From the NCBI RefSeq assembly GCF_006345805.1, contig NC_043000.1:101804001-101868000 (forward strand): a stretch of 64,000 nucleotides of DNA, written 5' to 3'. A program made the translations under genes and the position numbers. The stretch comes from Octopus sinensis (lineage: Eukaryota). Shown piece after piece: positions 53,376 through 64,000 of this stretch; the stretch's first letter is position 1, and the number at the start of each line of letters is the position of its first letter. The notes under the pieces are model-generated. The model was not told the DNA's origin. It did not search any database and saw only the letters and a program-made list of their open reading frames with translations.

Positions 53376-54706
53376 GCAGTGGTGCCATGCAGTGGGAATG
53401 AACCCAGAACCATGTGGTTGGTAAGCAAGCAACTTACCACACAGCCAATCCTGACTTGATTTTTTAGGATTCTTCCACTCAACATCAATGTAAGAAGCAT
53501 TGTTAGCTCACTTGGGCCCTCCACTACCTCTCTACAATCTGTGATGCTACAGTCTGATGACTTTACTATATTCCTGGCAGGGTGGCTCAATGGGTGCTAT
53601 GCTTTACCAAAGGGTAGCCAGTAATTATGCAGGGCATTACCATCACTCCATGAAATATTTTCAAAATACCTGCATACCCATACACTTAGCTCCACTTATA
53701 TAATGTAGTTAAATTTGTTGGGTAAGCCCATCTAGCCTTGTAAAAGGCAGCTGTGCCTGTCATAACAATTAGTGCAAGTGATTTTTACTACAAATGTTGG
53801 CTGTATTTGTTGTAGAAGTCAGCAAAACTTTTAAAAGTTATCAGCACTCATCAAACTTGGTAACACTTGTAAAAGTCTACTATGATGGCTATGTGGTAAG
53901 AAGCTTGCTTCCCAACCACATGGTTTCAGGTTCAGTCCCACTGCATGGTACCTTGAGCAAGTGTCTTCTACTATAACCTCAGGCTGACCAAAGTCTTGTG
54001 GGTGAATTTGGTAGATGGAAACTGAAAGAAGGCCATCATATATGTGTGTGTGTGTGTATGTGTGCGTGTGCTTGTATATCTGTGTGTGTGTGTTTGCCCC
54101 TCCATCACCACTTGATAGTGTTGGTGTGTTTATGTCTCCATAACATTATCAGTTCAGCAAAAGTGACTCGACAGAATAAGTACCAAGCTTTTAAAAAATA
54201 AGTACTAGGGTTGATTTGTTCAATTAAAACTCTTCAAAGCAGCACTTCAGTATGGTCACAATCAAAATGACTGAAACAAGTAAAAGACTAAGCATTAAAG
54301 TTATTCTAAATATAACTGAAGGACCAATAAACAAAAAATAATTTTTTTCAAGACATCTGCCAAATATATGTAGGTGCAGGAGTGGCTGTATGGTGGGAAG
54401 TTTACTTCCCAACCACATGTTTCTGGGTTCAGTCCCACTGCATGGCACATCAAGTAAGCGTCTTCTACTATAGCATCAGGCTGATCAAAGCCTTGTGAGT
54501 AGATTTGAAAGATGGAAACTGAATGAAGCCCGTCGTTGCTAGCCACTACACATTCTTTATTTTCTCTCCTTGTTCCTTTCTGTGTTTCTTTCTGTGGAAG
54601 AGCATAGGCTCGAAACATTAAAGACTTCTTTACTTCCCGAGTATTAAACTAATACATTTGTTTGTTGTCTACACCACCTGTTTTTGTCTTTTTTTTTATG
54701 GATTTT

Positions 54707-54760
<54 letters not shown>

Positions 54761-55374
54761 TTGTGTATTTGTTATTTGTCTGTGTTTGTCCTCCCACCAT
54801 CGCTTGACAACCGATGTTGGTGTGTTTATGTCCTTGTGACTTAGTGGTTCAGCAAAACAAACAGAATAAATACTAGGCTTACAAAGAAGTCAAATTTTTC
54901 AACTAAAGGTGGTGCTCCAGCATGGTTGCAGTCAAATGACTGAAACAAGTAAAAGAATATACTGTTGTAGGTATGCATGTGGTGGGGGGATGAATAATAG
55001 ATGTATAAGTACAGTGTAATTTAAAATTAGAATATTTTACATATTAGACTTCAAGTTCTCAAAGCTCTTAGACATAAATAAAGTATAAGATAAATATTGA
55101 TACAGAAAAGAAAAATATATATCTTTGCTAAAAGACAAAATGTTGTTGACTCTGTCTTCCCCACAAAAATGTGTTTTAGTCTTTATATAGTTTAAATAGT
55201 GCACAGTGTGTCTATGTAATAGATATGTAATATATTAGTTCGATAGACACAAACATATGTGTGTGTGTGTGTTTGTGTATAAAATGTATATATAAAGATA
55301 GATGCATACATACATAGAATTATATATATATATATTATATATATATATATATATATTTGCATAAAATTATATGA

Positions 55375-55409
<35 letters not shown>

Positions 55410-55589
55410 CATAGATAGGATTATATATATATATATATAATATATATATATATATAATATATATATATATATTATATATATATATATACGTATATGTATA
55501 TGTATATGTATATATAAAGAGAGAGAGAGAGATAGGGAGAGAAAGAGAGTGAATAGAGGAGATCAAGAGAATTTCTATATAGAAAATAC

Positions 55590-55900
55590 TTAGTAATGCT
55601 AAAAAAATTTGAATTTACACTCCAAAATATTTACTGAGGACCAAATCAGAAGAGTGCACAGATATGAATACAGTTATGCAAATAAACATATAAAACTTCT
55701 TGAAGAAGGAGGCCTGGTTTTTTTCCAATGTTTGTTTAATTCCATTACTGGTTGCAAATTTTTGGTGAACTACATCTGCCAACATTATGAAGTAACTCCA
55801 AGCACCCAGAAACAGCTATTGGACATGTAACACCATTCCTTCTCCCCTCTATTACTTTGAGTCTATTTAATTTGAGTAAAAATATATATAAACACTAGAC
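55590..55900 (+). mobile_element. Possible Helitron 3' fragment
   Basis: LNLHSKIFT..Q...RVH loosely resembles the helicase C-terminus; CTAG near 55880. Confidence 0.35.
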
Positions 55901-56743
55901 TACCCATGGCCCATTAGGTCACCAATAATTCAAGGTACTGGGAAAGTCTGAGTTTCCCAGCAATGGAGTTGTGTTTGATGGGTTTATTTTTTCTTATCCA
56001 CATTATTTCACATGTTTTCAACAAATGTGACATTGAAATCACATGTAAATGGCTCCTTCCCCAAGAAAAGGAAAGATTTGGCTGCTATTTCTTGCATGCC
56101 CTGCTACCACGTAAGAGGTATTTCAGGTCCTTTATTGCAAATATTTGTTACGTGGTAGCGGGGCGTGCTAGAAATAGAAGCCAAATCTTTGGAGGTGAGC
56201 TACATTGAATGCTCTTGAAAGAAACCTATGGAAACATATGGAGAAAAACTGTTTCACACTGAGGTTACGAACGAGTCTTTTATGAAATATTTACCATATT
56301 TCTAAAGTCATTTTCACTTAAAAGTATTTCGCCCATTATAATGTGTCTAATGGAAAGTTCAGAGTTTCTTTCCTTTCAAGGTTAAGTTAATTTTGGAGTA
56401 TTTTCCCATTATGCATTGTTTTGGTTCATTATACACCCAAAACCCCAAATATTTCAATGACCACTGGTCTGATTTACATGAAACTTATTTTATTCCGTTT
56501 GTATTCACATTTTAGGGGCCTTTACTTTCAAAGTATTTTCCCATTATGTCCTAGTTTTGGCTGTGTAACATTACAAGCAAGCAAGCAAGATTAAAGTTCA
56601 TTTTTAATGTTATATGTATATATATTCATAAATGAGGGTGAAAAATTAGATATTAATTTAATAATAGCATCAGTTTAACACCAATATATATATCATCATC
56701 ATCATCATCGTTAGCGTCCGTTTTCCATGCTAGCATGGGTTGG

Positions 56744-57290
<547 letters not shown>

Positions 57291-57839
57291 TTTACCTGAA
57301 TGTTAATCATCTGAAAATTTTCAGTCTTTGCTTTCATCTATTTACATGTATACATATTCTGTATATTCCCAAGGAGTTTTATCTGTTTATTTGCATCGTT
57401 GTCTCTATCTCTATCTCCCTCCCCACCTCTCTCTCTCTCTCTCTCTCTCTGTTTCAGCCTCTTTCTTCTGGTCATTTCATCATGTACTATTAATCCCTAC
57501 ACATTGTTTTTGTTTTCTCTCTACTTTCTTCCTCATGATCCTTTCTGTCAAAGTGCTTAGGCTTGAAATGTCAAAAACTTTTCCATTCTTCCCAAGTGTC
57601 AAACTAATACACCTGCTTAGTTTTCCCTCACCTGTCTTTGTCTTTATTTTTCTGTAAATTTGAACTATATACATATATATTTTATTTTATTTTTTATTTT
57701 ATTTTATTTTATCTAGTTTCAGCTCACACACACACACACACACACAAAATGTAGTAGGATCAGATAAATGATTGTGATTAAAGCTGTTGGTTAGGCTCTA
57801 GCATAAACAAGGCTTCTATTGAAAATATTAATGACTCAG

Positions 57840-57947
<108 letters not shown>

Positions 57948-58735
57948 TGTGTGTGTGCGTGTGTGTGTGTATCATGTGTATACTTATATGTACAACAAAT
58001 ATGAGTTAGAACTCTACATAGATTAACATTATCTAGTCAGCTTCATGTACAGTGGTTAGTCTACCACTGTACTAAGTAATATTACTATTCATGATATAAA
58101 GGGGATAAAAACAAAGCTGAGTTGCAAATAACTGCTATGGTGTAATGTATGTAGAGACTAATAATTATATATATATACACACATATATTCGATGGGCTTC
58201 TTTCAGTTTCTGTCTACCAAATCCACTCACAAGGTAATGGTTGGCCCAAGGCTATAGTAGAAGACCCTTGCTCAAGGTGCCATGCAATGAGCAATGGGAT
58301 TGAACCCAAAATCATGTGGTTGGGAAGCAAGCTTCTTACCACACACCCACTCCTGCACCTATCTATATATAAGGATATGTTTATGGCTATCAGTTTGATT
58401 ATGATGGAATTTATTCAGTTCTTTGTCTTATATGGTTTCTCATATGTAATAGAAATCTTAGAAGTATAGGATTACTTGGATAAATGCTTTACTTTTGAGC
58501 TTCATTATTGGACTTGAATAAATATCTTACGAAACTCATTATACCATACACACACACACACATTCACACATATATACACACACAAATGCATGCACACACA
58601 AAATTTGGCTTTGGCTTCAGTTCTACAACACAACACCTTGAACAAGTGTCTTCTGTGACAGCCTCTGGCAAACCAATGCTTTATGAGGGAATTTTGTTTG
58701 ATGCAGACTTTGTAGAGACCCATTGTATATGAGTA

Positions 58736-58768
<33 letters not shown>

Positions 58769-59054
58769 AGGCATATTTGTGTGTTCCGCTACCAAATTGA
58801 CAATGTTTGCTGGTTTGTTTGCAGCTCTGTGATTCAGCAGAATTAGAATTGAAATATATATCAGTGTTCTGCAGAAAAATGTCATCCTGTGTTCTGCAAA
58901 AATTCTAAGAAAGATTCTTGAGATTTATTGGAACTTGTCTCGTAAATATGGGATAACATTCTTGTTAATTAAATTAGAATGTATTACGTTTTGTAGTATC
59001 CTAATAATTAAATTATCATGTAGTATCCTATGAACAATAATGGTGATGATAGTA

Positions 59055-59093
<39 letters not shown>

Positions 59094-59099
59094 GTAATA

Positions 59100-59134
<35 letters not shown>

Positions 59135-59553
59135 TGTCAGTTGTTTGACCTTAACCAGTTGACCATGTCCCTTAGTGGCTGATGTTATGTGCATCTCTGA
59201 CCATGAGCAGAAGTAGTGGGGGAGCATCATAGCCATGTGTTGAAAGGAATTCTTGGAGGTTTGGATAATTCACCTTTGGCAACATGGGTGGTTCATTCAG
59301 CATCCTTAAACAATCCTTATTCAGGGACCTTTTGAGTGGGATGGGCTACTCGACCAGAAGAAAATTCTAATTGGGACCCACCTGCAAGGTCATGCACTGT
59401 TTATCTTGATATGAGATAACCCTGTCATGCACACTTGGCTGTGATGCATGTGCCTGGTGTACCCTTATCAGATGGGTAGTCATGATGGGTATATTGGGCT
59501 TCGTATAATTGTACCCCAGGGTCACTTTGATGGCATGCACTGCTCTCTCACTC

Positions 59554-59595
<42 letters not shown>

Positions 59596-59829
59596 CCTTT
59601 CAATTATAGGTGCAAAGCCTGAAGTTTTGTGAGGAGCTGCTAGTTGGTTACACTGACTTCAGTTCTCAACTGGTACTTATTTTACTGACCCAGAAAGGGT
59701 GAGATGCAAAGTCAACTTGGCAGCATTTAAACTTAGAACATAAAGATCAAAAGAAACGTTGAGTGTGCTAAGAATTTTGCCAGCTCTCTGCTTTGAGGAT
59801 GATGATGATGAGAATAAAGGATGACAAGC

Positions 59830-60305
59830 AAATATGAAGTGGTATCAAAAACTTTCCAGACTAGTTCTGTAGCATGCCAACAGATGGCAGCACAGGGTTG
59901 CATGTCCAGTGCAAGCTAGCAGTAACCTTCGTGAGGCAGTGTGCTGAGTGGCATTGCTGCGTTTACTTTGCAAGTTGTGAAATTTGTGTTTTTGTGATCA
60001 TGTATATGCCGTAGTCTGCAATTTTATCATGGACAAGAACAAGGAGCCAATGTGAAATTTTGTGTTAAACTTGACAATGGGTCACACACATTGTTTTGAG
60101 TGGCATAGAACCTTCAAAAGTAAAAGAACGCCCCTGGAAGATGATAAGCAATGTGGAAGATCTGACATAAGAATCACCCCCGGTGAACTTGTCTCCCAGG
60201 GCTAGACCATCATTCAAGAGTTCTACTGCAATGTTCTGAAACGTTTGAGGGAGGACATTCAGCGAAAGTGACTGGATCTGTGGAGGGCAAAGAATCGGAT
60301 TCTTC
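59830..60305 (+). mobile_element. Mariner relic with internal deletion
   Basis: EQGANVKFCVKL...; FYCNVLKRLREDIQRK*LDLWRAKNRILH. Confidence 0.8.
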
Positions 60306-61554
60306 ACAGACTATAAGGTCGATACGGCTTCGCACCAATGATGTCACACCTCATTTCTACAGCTGAGTGAACTGGAACAGCGTGAAGTAAAAGTATCTTG
60401 TTCAAGAACACAACATGCAACCCTGTCCAGGAATCAAACTCACTACTGCATGATTGTGAGCCCAACGCTCTAACCACTGAGCTATGTGCCTTCACAATGA
60501 TGATGATGATAATGATAGTGATTTAGGTATAAGACCAGCACTTTTGAGGTGGTGATTAGTTGCTTCCATAGGGCTCTGTATTTGACTGGTACTTTATTGA
60601 CTCCCAAAAGAGTGAAAGGTAAAATTGACTGGTTAGAGTTGAACTCACAACATAAAAGTTCAGATGAAATACTACAATGCAGTTTATTCAATGCTCTAAA
60701 GATTCTGCCAGCTCACTGCACTTATAATAATAGCAGCAACATCCAGGGTGCACAAAACTGCTATCAATTGTGCAATGTAAGCACACTAATAATAAAACAG
60801 CTAAAATAATTATGATGATGATGATAACACGTATCTAAGGTGCACAAAGCTACTCTGAGTTGTACAGTGCAATCACACAATAATAATAAGACAACTGATA
60901 TAATAGCTGAAATAACGACAACAATAATAAAAATAATAATAATGATGATGATGATGAAAACTGTCCTTTCCATAACTGAAGTTTCCATCATCTGTAATTT
61001 TCAGCAACAATTAAAGAACAATAAGACCAGGTCCGTTATTCAAGCGAATAATGAGTAAACATTTTGTTGAGATGGAGAATGCCTTTAATTATTGCCAATC
61101 AGGATAAACGCAATTCAATAGAAATCACCCAAAATGAGATTATTGATTCCATTTAGCAATTCATACAGCTTCCCGTCTTTCAATATTAAAATATGAGAGG
61201 TGGAGTTGACCAGAAACAGCATCTATTTACAGAATATCTATAGAATCCACTTGCCTTCTTATTCATAGTTTCTCTCTCCCCCTTCCTTCTCACTCTCTCT
61301 CCATTCCTCCTTCACTCTCTCTCTCTCTCTTTATCTATCTATCTATCTATCTATCTCCCTATTATTTCTCAGTGTATGTAAGTACATAAGCAGTTACATT
61401 TGCAAACACATGAATAATTATACATTTGCACACAGATATTGCCACCTCAGATACTTACCACCCCTTCTCTCTCTCTCTCTCTCTAATTCAGTGGCTCATA
61501 CTTACATGTGTGTGTGTGTGTGCATGTGTGTGTGTAAATACACATCTGCATATG

Positions 61555-61990
61555 TACATGAGGTAGTACCGAAAGTAATGCAGAAGTAGAAATGATTTTT
61601 TATAAACTAACATAATCATTCAAATTGCACATGTTGGTACACTAACTCTTCCTCTATAGTATACATTATTGCTTGTAGGCAAATAATAAGCTCTTAGTAG
61701 AACCAGTGTACCTTCAATTAGTTTTTGATGAAAGATGGTTGCCAGCTGTCCAATATTCACAGAAAGCTACAGGTTGTTTATGGAGATGACATCATTGACA
61801 AAAGCAACGTGTACAGATGGAAGAAGTTTGAACTTGGAGAAAACAGCATTGAAGACAAACCAGACATTGTAGAGACCATAAACTGCAACAACTGACATGA
61901 TTCACCAGCAAGTGGATTAAATGATTCAAATGGATGGACGTACTATAATCTCTGAGATTGTAATGATTGCAATAGTAAAATAACTCAAAC
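61555..61990 (+). mobile_element. Mariner 5' relic (HTH region)
   Basis: FLMKDGCQLSNIHRKLQVVYGDDIIDKSNVYRWKKFELGENSIEDKP. Confidence 0.75.
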
Positions 61991-64000
61991 TAAGACACAA
62001 ATATAAATGTTTAAGTAAGCACAAAGAAATTAAGACAAAATAATACTAATAGCATTGACATTTCAGCCAATGACAGGACGAGCCACACAATTCTAAGACA
62101 GCAGTAAAAATGTTTATCTATATTTTTATTTCAAAGAGCAACACAATAGGGTGGATTAATAAATATTACTTGAAGAGCCATTTTATGGAGAAGCTATGGA
62201 TGGACGTACTATAATGGAAAAATAAATTTAATTAAAACACAGGACAAGACAACATTTAGAGCATCTATGACATGAAAAAAATATGCACCTAGTATGCTCT
62301 GTAAGGTAATTGGTATTAGGGTTGGCATCCTGCCATAGAAGGTTCAGGCAAAACTGGGACACTGGAGCAAGAGGTTGTCCTTTGACTTGCCAAATTTTGT
62401 CTCACTGTACAACCCATGCCAGCATGGAAAGCAGGTGTAAAATGATAGTGATGATATCTAATATAAAAGACTAAAGAAAATGTAATGTCACCTGTGACAT
62501 ATTTTAACTTCTAAAGGCAATTTCACAGCAGTTTACCGTGAAGAAGAAATACTTGCTTATGGCAGTAAAAGCATCCTTATCAGCTCAGTGGTGCCCTCTC
62601 TTGAATTCTTAGACATAGACACAAATATGGCTGTGTGGTTTTAGGTCAAGTCTTTAGGCAAGTGTCTTCTGTAATAGCCTTGGGCCAATCAAAAGCATGT
62701 GAGTGGATTTAGGAGACAGAAATTGAAAGATCATTGTATATGTGCATGCACATGAGTGTTTGTGTATTTGTATCAGTCTCATATAAGCAATGTGTCTCAC
62801 TTCCAGTCTTCTATGAAAATATGTCCAGCAGTAGAGAAAATATTACTTTGCTTGGAAACAGGGGATGGTCAATGACAGGAAGGGCATCAGGTTGTAAAAG
62901 AAAAACCTGCTTTAATGTATTCTACCTGACCCATGCAAGCATGAATAAACGGAGATTAAAAACAGTGACCATAAAAATGATAATGATATATAAATGTTGC
63001 ATTTTGTGAGACAAAATTTTAAATATATTTCCCTGGATTCTCATCAGTGTGTGCAGAACAAAAGCGATTTCTTTTAAAAAAATTCATACTTCATTTGAAA
63101 AATGTACACATTTGGAATGTTTCATGTTCAAACCAGTTTTCTTCAACAAATTGTTAGGTGATTCTGAACACCACCAAACTTGCCAAATAATAAAAAAAGA
63201 ACATTTAACTTCTTACACATATAACATGTTTATATCACATTATGCATACAGTACTGTTTTATTTCATTATATTTGAGATGATAACAATAATGATAAGGAT
63301 ATATTTATATGATACATATCAACTAGGTGTTTAATATAAAATATACAATATAAATATTTATAGAGTATAATATTGGAAAAAAATGTATATGAAATATGAT
63401 GCCTGTGTTTCCAAGGGAAAAATATTGAAATCCCTTTTATGGAATGCAGACTTCATATTTTATGGATTTTTAACATACATACATGCATAAATATGTGTGT
63501 GTGTGTAATATATATATATATATGTATATATAAAATACATATATATACATGCTTTGTATATACACATGCACATCCAAACATATGGTGTATATGTATGTGT
63601 GTGTCTGTATATATATATATATATATATATACACATACACACACACATACATAATGCATATATTATGTGTATCTATATCATCATCATCATCGTTTAATGT
63701 CTGCCTTCCATGCTAGCACACGCACACACACACTTTATATATATATATACATAAATATATGTATGTGTGTTTTATGTATACAACATATATTTTAAGATGG
63801 ATCAGGTTCTGAAAATTGTCCACATAATAAAAAGATAACATAATATATTTCAAGTACTACAAAGTCTTTCATATTACATAATAATGCGATTGTTACAAAA
63901 TAACAAGAAAAAAGAACCTACCATGTGGACACATAAACTTCTTGCATTCTTTTTTTTTTATAGTCACTCAATACCGGTCACTTTACCTTCATAGCTGTTT

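Noticed and set aside
54590-54640. Hammerhead-like GAGC-ATAG-GCTC-GAAAC (also near 46360 and 57550)
   Set aside because: No CUGANGA, the triplet would be GAC, and no helix I forms.

Overview
AT-rich, microsatellite-saturated eukaryotic non-coding DNA. The repeat families and the (TA)n/(CA)n/(TATC)n density look like an octopus (coleoid cephalopod) intron or intergenic region; this is my inference from family recognition, not a database search. I found no confident protein-coding gene, and nearly all ORFs in the supplied track are microsatellite translations or decayed transposon fragments. Contents: several tRNA-derived and RTE-related SINE families; fragments of RTE, CR1-like and Penelope-like (PLE) retroelements; three Mariner relics; a decayed hAT (Buster/Charlie-like) transposase that appears interrupted by an internally deleted piggyBac; two TTAA-flanked piggyBac MITEs; Helitron and Helentron-like pieces; and foldback elements. 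The most notable signal is a set of type I hammerhead ribozyme motifs on the minus strand, in three unrelated PLE-like termini. One has an intact core, a palindromic helix III and an unusually long helix II (8505-8595). Two carry single CpG-type core mutations (13881-13957, 51126-51180). A 108-nt near-perfect hairpin embedded in (TA)n at 43331-43438 and a nested inverted-repeat structure at 21506-23553 are also worth checking.
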